The translations under genes were made by a program, and so were the position numbers. A DNA stretch of 64,000 nt, taken from positions 8,804,001 to 8,868,000 of the forward strand of contig OX597834.1 in assembly GCA_951406725.2 (NCBI GenBank), in the 5' to 3' direction. Each line of letters starts with the position of its first letter. The stretch's first letter is position 1. Of the stretch, positions 38,989 through 52,915 are shown piece by piece. A model generated the notes under the pieces. The model was not told the DNA's origin, searched no databases, and saw only the letters and a program-made list of their open reading frames with translations. Origin of the DNA: Octopus vulgaris (taxonomy: Eukaryota).

Positions 38989-39272
38989 ATGAAACTACCA
39001 ACTGTATCATCTCTTGTGAAAGGTAGAAGAGTCCAGTTTGCTGGACATTGTTGTAGAGCTGAAAACGAGGCAATTTCTACTCTTCTCCTCTGGAAGCCAT
39101 CTACTCGCGATACCAGAGGGCGCACACTCTCCTACCCTGATGTAATCTCCAGGGATACAGGCATCCAGCAACAGGATCTCCGTAATGCTATGGTGGACCG
39201 TGAAGTTTGGCGTAGCATGGTAAATTCCATTGTCTCGACCACGGTCGAACAATGATGATAATGATGATGATG
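38989..39272 (+). mobile_element. 5'-truncated RTE/RTE-X LINE 3' end with (TGA)n tail
   Basis: Uninterrupted KLPTVSSLVKGRRVQFAGHCCRAENE..LLLWKP..RGRTLSYPD..DTG..AMVDREVWR, with the stop followed immediately by tgatgataatgatgatgatg. Confidence 0.85.
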
Positions 39273-39551
39273 TTTCCGCATACCGTTGGAGAAATGTTTG
39301 ATGTATGATGTTAAAGTATACTCTAAATTGTCGGAAAGGAAGAACCGGAGCGGATAGGAAATTGCGTAAAAAATTGAAACTCCGGGAAACAGAATGTTCT
39401 CGATGTAAACGTTTATGAGTGTCTGAAAATTTAGACACAGCATGAATAACTACAGAAGAAAAGCGTGCAGGTGGAGACCGTGCGGCTGGAGAACGGACGA
39501 GGCAAATAGATAGGTAGATTGAAAGATAGATACATAGAAAGATAGTTAAAC

Positions 39552-39602
<51 letters not shown>

Positions 39603-39684
39603 TATACATTGAAAATGAGACCGCGTGTGTATCGTTGGCGATTTTTTTTCCTCTGTCTTCCCTTCTCTGGATCATTCCTTCTAT

Positions 39685-39719
39685 GTTTCCGACGAAGAGC
39701 TCCACTCGAAACGTTGAAC
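39685..39719 (+). ncRNA. Decayed minimal hammerhead-like motif
   Basis: gttt CCGACGA a-gag-ctcca-ctc GAAA cgt TG aac. Palindromic aacgtt; core and cleavage site deviate. Downstream of (TA)n. Confidence 0.45.
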
Positions 39720-40439
39720 TCCAATAATACTATATTTTTTCCACGTCCTCCCGTTGTTCTGTTTTTTTGTGCTTTCACGTTTGGAGTAACTATATATATA
39801 TATATACATGAGAGAGAGAGGGGGAGAAATATATATATTTATCTATAGACATATATAGAAAGATAAATAGGTAGATAGATAGATTAGCAGAGAGAAAAAA
39901 GAGAAGAGAGAGACTACTTCTACGTCAAAGAACAAATGTAATTGTGATTGATTTACAGTAACCAATCGCGTTTTCTTTTCTTTGGATGTACTTTAGTAAC
40001 CGTTATCTGTGTGTCATCGAAACTCTTCCAGACATACAACCAATAGCCCATTTTGTTGGCACCTAAGCTGTTTGACTTTGCTTGTAGTAGCTGAAGTCTG
40101 AAATTTTTAAAATTTTTAGTTGCAGTTGTGATGGAGAACTCTTGTATTTGGCGTAAAAAACATATCTTGTCATCGACGTTTCATAGTTAAGGGAGAAATG
40201 CGACAATAGTTCCTTGAAATGTAAAATGAATAATTTTTTATATTTTTGTTTTTGATACGTAATCTACGCAGATTCGTTATGTTGTGTCTTGAATGCTTAA
40301 ATTTAGAAGGCTTAGAGTGATACGATGGGTTTTATACACTTCAGCGTTGTCGGCGCTATTGTCATTGAATCGTTTTATATATAAAAGAAGCTGGTACAAA
40401 TCCGTTTTGTAGCGAATCTACTGTTTGATTATTTATAGT

Positions 40440-40815
40440 TTTACTTTTTTTATGCGTTTCACTCATTTCACTCTGGCCATGCTGGAGCACAGCCTCAAGC
40501 GATTTTATTTGAAGAAATCGAAACTTATTTTGCTTAAAGCTAGTACATATTTTATCGATTCTTTTTGCCGATCAACTAAGTTACGGAAACATAAACAAAG
40601 AAACATCGGTTGTCAAGCGATGGTAGAATGAGAAGCACAGACACAAAGATAGACAGACAGACTCACACTCATACACATGCACACAAACATACAGTTATAT
40701 ATATTTATATATGTGTGTGTGTATATATATAACGGGCTTCTTTCAGTTTTCGTCTACCAACGCTTTGGTGGAACCGACGCTATTGCAGAAGACACTCACC
40801 CAAGGTACCACGCAG
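40440..40815 (-). mobile_element. SINE family A, diverged
   Basis: 'ggccatgctggagcac...catcggttgtcaagcg...cgggcttctttcagtttt'. Confidence 0.8.
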
Positions 40816-41091
40816 AGGGGTATTGGTTACATGTCTGGAAGGGTGTGGATGCCACACAGATAACGGTTACTAAAGTACATCCATGCGGATGGGAAACAAG
40901 CTGTGCCTTGAAATTACCATCATGCCTCTGCCTTGAAAATATCGTCCCTGAATAAACGCGTACATAGTGGAGCATTTGCACAAACTCATGTGCTTATAAA
41001 GCAATTAACAGGTAGAATCAAATTACTCGTACAGTAGACCGGGCACCTATGCAGTTTTCATATACCCATTTTCAATTGCGAAGCCTTTTTC

Positions 41092-41305
41092 ACTCTTTTA
41101 CTATTTTACCTGTTTCAGTCATTTGGCTATGGCCATGCTGGAGCACCGCCTTTAGTCGAGCAAATCGCCCCCCAGAACTTATTCTTTGGAAGCCTAGTAC
41201 TTATTCTATCGGTCTCCTATGCCGAACCGCTAAGTTACGGGGACGTAAACACACCACCATTGGTTGTCAAGCGATGTTGGGGGACCAACACAGACACACA
41301 AATAA

Positions 41306-41343
<38 letters not shown>

Positions 41344-41499
41344 CGGGCTTCTTTCAGTTTCGGTCTACCAAATCCACTCACAAGGCATTGGTCGACCCGA
41401 GGCTATAGTAGAAGACACTTGCCCAAGATGCCACGCAGTAGGACTGAACCCGGAACCAGGTGGTTCGTAAGCAAGCTACTTACCACAGAGCCACTCCTA
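41092..41499 (-). mobile_element. Full-length SINE family A
   Basis: Reverse complement of the complete head, internal (TA)n and tail. Confidence 0.9.
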
Positions 41500-42112
41500 T
41501 TTAACAATTCACAGTTATAGAAGATACTATTTTCCGAAGGTGCTATGCTGTGAGATCGAAACTGGGCAGTTGTGATTGCGAATATATATACAGGGTGCGA
41601 TGAATATTTTGTCATCTAAATAACGCAGCAATAAAAACAACTCTGGCAAAAAACGTCAATGTAGGAATTACGAATTGAAAGTTTGAATGAAGCATGATAT
41701 TACTTGAAAATTGTGAACCTTTGGTCGCATCTTCATTAATTCCTTTTTCTCTCAGAATCGACTTCTCTTCATAGTTTCAGCATAAGGGAAATGTTTTTGG
41801 TGTAACGTTTTGGGGGCGATTTGACCCCAGACCGCTACGTTATTTCTTCACTTGTTAGTCTTTGTATCAGACCTAAATATTCGTGTTTTTGATGCTGATA
41901 TTATTACTAGTTCTATTGGAGATTTTCTTCTATTTTAAAGTGTGTTTAATTTGTATGTTTAGGGTTAAAATAAGTTATTGGTCAAACAACGACCCGTAGG
42001 TCCAATATTACGTCTTTAATAGTTCAAATGTACCAACAAAAAAAAAAGACAGGTAGATGAGGAAACAATAGACAACGTGCTTTAGTTTGACGCTCACGAA
42101 AAATGGAAAAAT

Positions 42113-42148
42113 CTTTGAGGTTTCGAGCCCACGCTTTTCGACAGAAAG
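42113..42148 (-). ncRNA. Decayed minimal hammerhead-like motif
   Basis: Reverse complement: cttt CTGTCGA aaagcgtgggctc GAAA cct CA aag. Same architecture as 39685, with several core changes. Confidence 0.35.
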
Positions 42149-42929
42149 GAATGAGGAAAGATAAGTGAGAGAGGGGAAAAAAGAATACTATATTTTACAT
42201 GGTAAGAGGATCTTCTTGCATATTATGTAATATAAAAGTATTTACATGCCCCTTTTTCGTTTTTTCCCCTGATTTTATTCAACCATATATTTTTCTGCAG
42301 TCAGCTGGAAATAAGGCAGGTCAGAATTATTGTCAGAGTAACGTTGGTTGCATGTTGACATTTATCATTAGAACAGTGCATTTCAGTATAACATTTCTCC
42401 ACTTAATGAGATTTGTATTCTGCTACATCGGTATAAGTGGTGTGTGCTTAGCTGAAATATAGATGAAAAGTGTATGTAATTTTGCACTAAAGTACTGTTC
42501 TGGTGTATTTAAGATGCAAGCATTCGTTTGTGAGCAATTTTACATTAAGTTATAGATTATGTCAGGGTAGAATTCACTGATATGGAACCGTTCACTCCGC
42601 AATGTAATAGGAATCTATTTATTTTATTTTATTCATTTGCGTGGTAGGTTTGTGTGCAACAAGTGTGCATTCGAAATGCGATATTTTTGTGTATTCTTGT
42701 TAGTTTGTTATGATTGATCTTGGGAGCAACATCGGTTTCATTTAATCAATGGATTGTTTTGGGAGTCAAGCCGGTTCCATTCAATCTAAAATGGATCTAA
42801 TGGATTGTTTGCATTATAAAGGATTCGTTATTTTGCGCTAAGCATGACATATGGGGATGCTCTGTGTGAATGTATTTGTTGCATTCACTTCTCTCTCTCT
42901 GACCTCTGTTTATGTGATAAATATTATAT

Positions 42930-43595
42930 TCTATCTTTTAGCTTGTTTCAGTCATTAGACTACGGCCAAATTCCAGCACAGATCTGAAGAATTTTCAGTC
43001 GAGTGTATCAACCCTAGCATTTCTTGTTTAACTATTTTCCTAAATTCATACTATTGGGTGACTTTTTACTGAACAGCTACGACAGGGGATATAAACAAAC
43101 CAATATAGAGGATCAAGCAGTGGTGGTTGTACAAACACAGACACGCTCACACGCACACATACATAAATACACACACACACGCACCCCTCCCCATATATAT
43201 ATATACAGGGCGGCGAACTGGCAGAAACGTTAGCAAGCCGGACGAAATGTGTAGCCGTATTTTGTCTGCCGTTACGTTCTGAGTTCAAATTCCGCCGAGG
43301 TCGACTTTGCCTTTCATCCTTTCGGGGTCGATAAATTAAGTACTAGTTACGCACTGGGGTCAATGTAAACGACTTTATCCGTTTGTCTGTCCTTGTTTGT
43401 CTCCTCTGTGTTTGACCCCTTGTGGGTAGTAAATAAATATATATATATCTTTATACGCACAAACACACACACGACAGGCTTTTTTCCATCTCAGTCTAAG
43501 ATATCCATTCACAAGGGTTTGGTCGGCAGGAAGCTATAGCAAAAAAACACTGGTAGTGGGATTGAACCTGGAACCATGTGATTGAGAACCAAACT
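42930..43595 (-). mobile_element. Old SINE A split by a SINE B insertion
   Basis: Tail remnant at 42930-43140 and head remnant at 43470-43595, with SINE B between them. Confidence 0.65.
43209..43439 (+). mobile_element. Full-length SINE family B
   Basis: 'ggcggcgaactggcagaaacgttagc...gagttcaaattccgccgaggtcgac...gtgggtagtaaataaat'. Confidence 0.92.
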
Positions 43596-45709
43596 GTATT
43601 ACTCTGCATAATTTCGACGTGATGTGTTTATGTTCTTGTGTGTTTTCTTTCGGAAAATAGATACCATTTGTTGCCGCTATTATCATAAGAAATTGTGGAT
43701 TAGCCACCTGCTTTTAGCTGATCTAGCTGCAGACATCTGTATTTATTTAATTATTTCCATTTGTGTGCATTTGATAAAATATTTTAGCTATTGTGTTGGT
43801 AAAAGGATAAACAGGTCCTTGCAGTACATTATTGGAAGCAAGTTAATTTGCTGATGTATTGCTATGGTTCTTTATTGAGACATAGTTCTGTTGCAAGCAG
43901 TTCGTATTTTGTAAGGCTTTGAGCAGCTCTATCTGAAGCCTGTAGCGAAAACCAAGTAAAACTATTTGGCTGATATCGATAGCATAATTACTGTTAACTA
44001 TGGATCTATCATACTGACGATTGCCTTAGATATAGTAGATTCTGCTATTGTGTAACAGCATATTTGTACTAGTGGTAATTCTAAGGTAATAGAGCTAGTG
44101 TTGATAACTCTGTTGTAAATGTGGTAACGGCTACAATAGAAGGGGTATTTTTTGTACAAATTGTTGTGGTGGCATCGCGTACTTCTCTTTTGCTTCGATT
44201 GTACGTTTTTCTCATCTTATTTTCACTTTTTATATTAAGCACGGATAATAGTCTGATGTTAGTCGTAATAGTAGTGGTGCTGTTTGCGGTACTATTGATA
44301 AATTGAATCGATGAGTGTGGTGGTTATAGCAGTGATAGATATATGTATAGCCAGGTTTTTTAAGTAGCTGATTCTTATGTGTGCGAGATATAATTTTTAA
44401 AAAATTTTCTAAATGGTTTAACTTTCTTTTTTTTTTCAAAAAATTCTATTCTGTAAATTAATCAGTTTTATTCTCTTGCTTTAAAATTTAATTTGAATTT
44501 TACTCCCATTTTTGCATTTCCTTTAGTTTTTTGTATTTCTTCTCCCAATCTGTCTCTTTATTTCTTGAAGTAAAGTTCAACAATGAAAGTATATGTTACT
44601 ATCGTAAGTAACTTTCCAAAAACTTTCCTAGTCAGAGAATCAATAAACATTGTTTGTTTTTTAACATGTGAATTCGTTGAACTCAGAAATACACACATTC
44701 ACACACATACGAATACACAAGCTTCAACACACGTCCACATTTGTATAAGTTTAATACTGGAATGGAATAATAATGCCTATATACATTTCCCAAATTTACA
44801 GCATGTGGCATAGATATTCGAAAGGTAGAGGAAAAATAGAGCATTCATATCACTTCTATTTTTTCTTGTTGTGTAGAAATGTTCGTATATATTTTTTTCA
44901 TTTTTAGCTTAAGATTTTCTGTCAACGAATTTAATGGAAATTGTAGGTTGTGTCATGAGTCAAAGTGTGACGACTAAAAGTGCTAAGAGCGAGGTCTACG
45001 AATTGTGAGAGATTAGAAAAGACAGGGTTGAGAATATGGACAAACATGTAAATCAGAATGAAATCAGTTCTATGCAATCAGTTCTATGCAATTTCCCATT
45101 TCAGACGAACAAGAAGTGTTGGCGTAAATCTAAGGAAGAAAGAAAGAATAAAGCACATAATAGCTAACTTTATGATATATACGGGAACGAAGCTATTCTA
45201 GCAAGCTGACATGTCTGTGTCTGAGGCACGGGAGAACAACAGTTCTCTCATGATATGAATTTACTTCTAAGCCAGGGATCGAAATGAAAATCACATAACC
45301 GTTCTAACCAGCTTTTGGAAAAATTTGAAGCAGTTTCTCTGCATTACTTTCTTCGTCATAAACAATGCGACGAATACAAGCTAGACACATTACTTACAAG
45401 CTCCGTTGTAAACAGCAGAAGTAACCTAGAACATTAAAACATAGTGCGGATACAGAGAAGAGTTCAAGTTCCATCTGTGTCAAACAGTTTCACTCTGGGT
45501 GTTCTACTTTCGTTAATAGGCCAACAATCCTGATACTTATTGAAGATACCATGTATCTAAAGTTGATATACTGTAAAACAACACACCTCACCTATTATTA
45601 GGACCCATTCAAAAATGTTGGTTATATTATAATATTTTAAGTCTCCCATTACATGATGTCGATAGATATACATATATACGCATGTCCATGTATATATATA
45701 TATATACGT

Positions 45710-45754
<45 letters not shown>

Positions 45755-46002
45755 GATAGATATGTGTGTGTGAGGAGTAGATATACAGCCGACAATGATT
45801 ATTACATATATATATATATATATATATATATAAGCAATAGACACAGAACATGTCTTCAGTTGCTAGTCCAGCTGGCGGGGTGATTGCCTCTTTGAATATA
45901 AGGACACAGAAAATGTGTCAAAGTCGACAGGAGACGTACAAAATGGTGGTGGTGTAATTCCGTCACGGGACAGTCACATTGAGTCGACAGTATAAGACCA
46001 TA

Positions 46003-46047
<45 letters not shown>

Positions 46048-46229
46048 ATATATATATATAAGTTCAGCAACAATTTAGATTCAAATGAATTTAGATGCAC
46101 CAGAATTTGTATTGTGTTATCCATGCAAATCCGTGGATTATAATCAAAATAAGCAACAAGAATGACTCATATATATATAATATACAAAATCAGAAAGGAC
46201 ACAGAATATCTAGACAGTTTGGAGAAACA

Positions 46230-46800
46230 AAAATGGGACAACAAAGCATCCAAATAGAGGATACAAAGAAAACAAGGACTGGTCACTCGGAGTTTTCTTT
46301 CCTCAGTCGAGTTCCAGATTATCTTTGCAATTTCGGCTGGTTATGCTCGAGATTGCTCCAATCTGGCCAGCCCCAAGGAAAAACTAAGCTAAAAACATTA
46401 GATTCCTTGGAAGAAAGCGGCGAATGTATACGAAAACAAGACGGAAAAAACGGAGAATGTTACACAAATACAAATAACAGGACATAACAATAGGTGTCTT
46501 TCGACTAAGGTCGAATTAAATTAAGCTGGCTTGTGTGGAAATGAAGCCTAACGGCAGAGATACGAGATTTCACAGGCACAAACATATGTGTTGCAGGGAC
46601 GGCAGCCGATCAAAGAAAGTAAGACCAGGTTTGGCCGAACACCGGTCACGTGGGGAGAGAAGAGAGAGGGGTAGAAGGACAGAAGAAATAAGGAGGGGCT
46701 AGAAAAACTGGTGAAGTGAAAAGAGGAGGGAAAGTTAACATGAAGAGAAGGCAAGGAAATGTGAGCGAAAGAACAAAGAGTGTGCTCGTATGGAAAAGTG
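46230..46800 (-). repeat. Interspersed repeat (family of 34440-34690) plus purine-rich extension
   Basis: Reverse-complement match over about 230 bp; downstream of (TA)n. Confidence 0.65.
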
Positions 46801-47366
46801 TGACCACACAGTATACCAGCATTTTTAGAAGCTTGCTTCGCAATCACAAGATAATGAGTGCGATAACATTGACTGCTAACTGTCTAGAGTATGCCTATCT
46901 TCAAACGATGGTTAGTGAATGATTTTAGATGGACATAGAATGTGGGGAATCTGCTTGTCTGAATGTAGCAGTAATTTAAATTGTTATCTGTTTTATAGCG
47001 TCACGCCGACAAGGTCTAAGAATTATATTAGGGATATACTACCCAAGAATTTTAGGTTGTGATGAGCCTCGTATTTCAGTTGATCAAAGAATTGACAAAC
47101 CTAGGCAGGAAATTTTAATCTTGCTTCTATTCATTATATGTACATACATACAATTTATATGCTGTTCTGTAGTATAGGAGGATATAGAAGCTTAGAACGT
47201 TTTAGCGATATAACTCTGATAGTCTTTGTAATTTGCGTAAGTCATGTAGATTATAACACACTTCGCTGTAGTTCATTTGCATAGCCCTATCTCAGAATTG
47301 TAGTTAATTAGCATAATGTTCTCAGATCTGTTCCCCTTTAATAACATCTCTTTACACGGCGAACGC

Positions 47367-47450
<84 letters not shown>

Positions 47451-47726
47451 ATTATACATTGATAAGCAGTGCCTCTCTGTTTGTGCCTGTAATCTGAATG
47501 TAGGTAACTATCTCATGTGTATAGTTAAACTAAATGTAAGTTTTGCCATCCTGTATATGTAAATGTAACCATACATAAATATACGTATAGAATGATTGAA
47601 TAGTCTTTCACAGCGTTACAATAAAATATACAGAATATTCTCCATGTTTTCTCCGATGCAGCTTTTTATTTTCTTTACAGAAGTTGTCCACTCCTTTGCT
47701 TTTCTTTTATATATATATAAATATAT

Positions 47727-47796
<70 letters not shown>

Positions 47797-48325
47797 AGAA
47801 TAAAAAAAGAGCAATGTTTCCTCTCAGCGTTTAGGTACGAATGTGTAACTCAATAATGTAAATGATTTTAACTGTACTGTCGTAAAATTATCTGAAGCAC
47901 ACTTTAGCCGACTTTATTCGTATTAACTGCATCATATATGTATCGTTGTTGCCGATTTTGACATGATAGTTGCAGTCTTATTGCAAAGTCGATGCTGAAA
48001 CGTTGACAGTCATTGTTGCATTTGCAATTTTACCTTGGTTAAACACTAGATATGAACTGTTATTTAATTCCATTTTCATATTCAATAAAAATGTTTTGTG
48101 CAAGTCTACTTATCTCTTGTTACAGTAAATCTAATAAGATACGGTGAACGTCAGTGTGTTTCTATGGTTATTCGTACGGCATAGCATCAATGGAGTTTTA
48201 CTTCACATATTTTTTATTTTCGGTTTAACATTAGCTTCTTCTGGAATTAAATACCACCACCTAGAGCATAAGAGAACTAAATAATTACAATGACGATTAT
48301 TATTATTATTATTTTACTTATTGTA

Positions 48326-48626
48326 GGCGTAGGAGTGGCTGTGTGGTAAGTAGCTTGCTTACTAACCACATGGTTCGGGGTTCAGTCCCACTCCGTGGCA
48401 CCTTCGGCAGGTGTCTTCTACTATAGCCTAGGGCCGACCAAAGCCTTGTGAGTGGATTTGGTAGACGGAAACTGAAAGAAGCCCGTCGTATGTATGCATA
48501 TATGCCGAACCGCTAAGTTACGGGGAAGTAAACACACCAGCATCGGTTGTCAAGCGATGTTGGGGGACAAACACAGACACACAAACATATACACACACAC
48601 ATACATATATATATACACAAATATAT

Positions 48627-48675
<49 letters not shown>

Positions 48676-48903
48676 GTGTGTGTGTACGTATATGTTTGTG
48701 TGTCTGTGTTTGTCCCTCCAACATCGCTTGACAACCGATGCTGGTGTGTTTACGTCCCCGTAACTTAGCGGTTCGGCAAAAGACACCGATATAATAAGTA
48801 CTAGGCTTATAAAGAATAAGTCCTAGGGGGGGGGGGCGATTTGCTCGACTAAAGGCGGTGCTCCAGTATGGCCACAGTCAAATGACTGAAACAAATAAAA
48901 GAG
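48326..48903 (+). mobile_element. SINE family A with an internal inverted duplication
   Basis: Head 48326-48490, inverted tail segment 48503-48590, normal tail 48690-48903. Confidence 0.9.
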
Positions 48904-49409
48904 TATTTCATAAGGCATTAACCAGGTGAGTTATTCCAACAGAAAAAAAAGAAAATTTGGAAACACAGACTTGTTTAAATCTTAGTACTCATCGTTTCTG
49001 AAATATAAAATTGAAATTGAATCGAAAGAAACTGAAGGAAATAACCATCAATTTTTATGTCACTGGTAGACTAAAATAATTAGAATTCATAGTTATTGAA
49101 GAAATAAAGAGTTGTGGATGACATCGATTTTGCTTTTCTCCAGCTGAATAAATCATTTCGAGCTGACATTTGCTAACAGGACTGATAAGTGGTTCGTTGC
49201 AGCTATAGCTAAGCTAAAGTAATATTTCAGCGGATAGCTTAATTCTGCTTTTAACGACTTGTAGTTGCTTGAGACCTTACTGACAGCTCAGTTTACTGTA
49301 TTTTAACATTTTTAAAGATCACTGACTGCAATAGTTGAAAAGTAATAAAAATATTATATTTGCGCGCGCAGGCGTGTGTGTGTGTGTGCGAATATATTGT
49401 ATGTATACC

Positions 49410-50610
49410 TGTCTCTCTGTCTATCTATCTATTTATCTATCTATATCTATCAAGATCTATCTATTTATCTATATATATATATATCTATTTATCTATCTTT
49501 CTATCTATATCTATCTGTCTATCAGTCTGTCTGTCTGTCTATCTATATCTATCTATCTATCTACCTATCTATCTATCTATCTGTCTATCTATATCTATCT
49601 ATCTGTCTATCTATATCTATCTATCTGTGTATCTATCTATCTATCTGTCTATCTATATCTGTCTATCTATATCTGTCTATCTATATCTGTATATCTATAT
49701 CTGTCTATCTATCTATCTATATCTATCTATCTATATCTATCTATCTGTCTATCTATATCCATCTATCTGTCTATCTATATCTATCTAACTATCTGTCTAT
49801 CTAACTATCTGTCTATCTAACTATCTGTCTATCTAACTATCTATCTATCTGTCTGTCTATCTATATATATCTGTCTGTCTGTCTATCTATATATGTCTGT
49901 CTGTCTATCTATATCTATCTATCTGTCTATCTATATCTATATATATATATATCTGTCTATCTATATCTATATATATATCTGTCTATCTATATCTATCTAT
50001 CTGTTTATCCATATCTATCTATATATATGTCTGTCTATCTGTCTATCTGCCTATCTATATCTATCGATCTGTCTATCTATATCTAACTATATCTAAAGGC
50101 AGCGAGCTGGCAGAAACGTTAGCACGCCGGGCGAAATGCGTGGCCGTTTTTCGTCTGCCGTTACGTTCTGAGTTCAAATTCCGCCGAGGTCGACTTTGCC
50201 TTTCATCCATTCGGGGTCGATAAATTAAGTACCACTTACGCACTGGGGTCGATGTAATTGACTTTATCCGTTTGTCTGTCCTTGTTTGTCCTCTCTGTGT
50301 TTAGCCCCTTGTGGGTAGTAAAGAAATATATCTATATCTAAATATCTGTCTATCTATATCTAACTATCTCTCTATTTATATCTAACTATCTCTCTCTCTA
50401 TTTATATCTAACTATCTCTCTCTCTATTTATATCTAACTATCTCTCTCTCTATTTATATCTAACTATCTCTCTCTCTATCTATATCTAACTATCTGTCTA
50501 TCTATATCTAACTATCTGTCTATCTATATCTACCTATCTGTCTATCTATATCTACCTATCTGTCTATCTATATCTACCTATCTCTATCTATCTATCTATC
50601 TATCTATCTA
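49410..50610. repeat. Degenerate (TATC/TCTG/TATATC)n array with a SINE B inside
   Basis: Seen directly; higher-order unit 'tctatatctaactatc' at 50330-50580. Confidence 0.9.
50098..50328 (+). mobile_element. Full-length SINE family B
   Basis: Close match to 43209-43439. Confidence 0.92.
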
Positions 50611-50624
50611 TTTGTCTATGTATG

Positions 50625-50726
<102 letters not shown>

Positions 50727-51705
50727 TTCATTTCTAAACCTCTTTTTCTCGCCATCATGAGTAAAGACGCACTTAATCAAGCATACAAGATGCTCCTTCA
50801 CTTCAAACGATAAGTCCGTTCGGTGTAAAATCAAAACAACACTTCAACAGCCAATAAATGTATACCGGCCACATATTCGTCAGGTTTTCTTCCTCTCCGA
50901 ATAAAGAAAATCACAATTATACAAATCTATACATCTATGCTACACTTACAAGAGGAAGCTTTCTGCTTATGCCCACTTATCGGTGGAAAGTAGATATATG
51001 CTATTAATTCATAATATTCTCGTCCACAAAGTTTCATGTCATTTTTTCTGATTGATTGGCCTCTCTTCAGAAGATATATATCCCTAATTTCTCTGCTAAA
51101 CACAAGAGTAGTTAATAGAAGCCATTTTTATATGAAATACAAAATATGACTTCCCAATATATATATATTTATGTAATATATTATAACTTATATTACATTA
51201 TGTCACATTGTATCATATATGATATTATATTACATAACATCATATCATATTATCCTTTATAAGTTCTCTATATATTCAAATGTTACTTACTGTCTGACAC
51301 CACAAAATGTTTCGTACTGAATATCAATATAATACAGGAAATATCATTTGGCGTTTTCACCAATCATGGAGCTTCGCTAAGCCAGAATTATCAAATGTTC
51401 ATTGCAATTCGAATCCCTTTCATTGGGGCTTTGTTCTTTTGTAACTATCCTGTTAAATATAGTTAACGAGAGTGTTATCCACAGTGAGAGGAGATATAGG
51501 GGGTAAAAGAATATAATTTTCAGACCCATAGAAATATCAGCAATCCTTTCTACATTCGATACAAGACTGAAACTTTTGCAGGCAGTGCCATTCGATTACA
51601 TCGATCCCGGTATTTAAAAGGTACTCATTTTATCGATCTCCAAAAGATAGAAAGCTAAATCTACCTTAACGGCTGCTTAACGCAGAACGCAAAGCCGAAA
51701 CAATT

Positions 51706-52115
51706 CTGATTTCTTTATTGCCCACAAGGGGCTACACACAGAGGGGACTAACAAGGACAGACAAAAGGATTTAGTCGATTATATGGACCCCAGTGCGAAA
51801 CTCGGACTTATTCAATCAACCCCGAAAGGATGAAAGGCAAAGTCGACCTCGGCGAAATTTGAACTCAGAACATAGCGGCAGACGAAATACCTATTTATTT
51901 ACTACCGACAAGGAGCTAAACACAGACAAGACAAACTAGGACAGACAAATGGATTAAGTCGATTGCATCGACCCCAGAGCGTAACTGTTACTTATTTAAT
52001 CCATCCCGAAAGGATGAAAGGCAAAGTCGACCTCGGCGGAATTTGAACTCAGAACGTAGCGGCAGACGAAATAACGCTAAGCAATTCGCCCGGCGCGCTA
52101 ACGTTTCTGCCAGCT
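51706..52115 (-). mobile_element. Head-to-tail SINE B dimer with a 13-bp TSD, inserted in an older SINE B-like copy (51545-51705)
   Basis: Units at 51893-52115 and 51706-51890. TSD agccgaaacaatt at 51693-51705 and 52116-52128. Confidence 0.88.
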
Positions 52116-52151
52116 AGCCGAAACAATTTAACTAACACGCCTCCTTATTTA

Positions 52152-52915
52152 TACGAGTGGGTACCCCAAAGTAACCGCAAACCTTTTCTATGGGAAAAGC
52201 CCATTCTAGTTCAGACTTCCGCCGTTATAAGCCACTTGATGGGAACATCAGGCTTCAGTCAGCCGACTGGCGTTATTTATTTATTCCGTACATCCATGTG
52301 GTGCGTCTTTGATTTTTAGTACTTCTCTGCTATTTGTAGATTTTTCCGATGGCTGAAACGAAGGAAAAGCGTGACCCGTGAAATTCTATTTTCGCCTGGG
52401 AGAACGGCGGTCGAAACACTTTTCATGCCTCTAACAGCTTACACGGACGCTGCCACGAGCAAATCACAGGTTTACGAGTGGTTTCCTCACTTTAAGAACT
52501 GTCGCTTGTCGCTTCAAGATTAACCTCGTTCAGGGCGTCCTGAACAGACGAAAGCATCACGAAAAGTAATGAAATGATCTTAGAGGACAGTCACGGAACA
52601 CTTAACGATCTTGTTGATATGCCAAATTTGTCCTGGGGCTCTTGCAAACAACTTTTGTGAGAGGAATTGCGAATGAAAAGAGTTGCAGCAAAAGTTGTGC
52701 CTCACTTGCTCACGGAAGATCAAAAGCAGTCACGATCAAATGCTTGTCGTGAAATGAAAGAACAATTAGAATTTGATTCAGACCTTTTTACGGGATTCAT
52801 CACTGGCGATGCAAGCTGGTGCTTCTGCTACGAGACAGAAACGTAGTAGTAATGAAGTCTATTGAAGCATTTAATTTCCCCATGCTCCCCAATCTTGTGT
52901 CAAGTAATGTTCAGT
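52152..52915 (+). mobile_element. 5' half of a mariner element, decayed
   Basis: Starts 'tacgagtgggtaccccaaagtaaccg'. Translates as MAETKEKR..VKFYFRLG..AYTDAATSKSQVYEWF..PRSGRP, EELRMKRVAAKVVPHLLTEDQK and FITGDASWCFCYE. Confidence 0.85.

Noticed and set aside
41800-42010. Possible DNA-transposon ends (gggcgatttgacccc ... ggtcaaacaacgaccc)
   Set aside because: Too degraded; no TIR pair or TSD could be fixed.
47058-47125. Hammerhead-like 'gtgatgagcctcg...ctaggcaggaaattttaatc'
   Set aside because: C3 missing, insertion before GAAA, and stem I does not pair.
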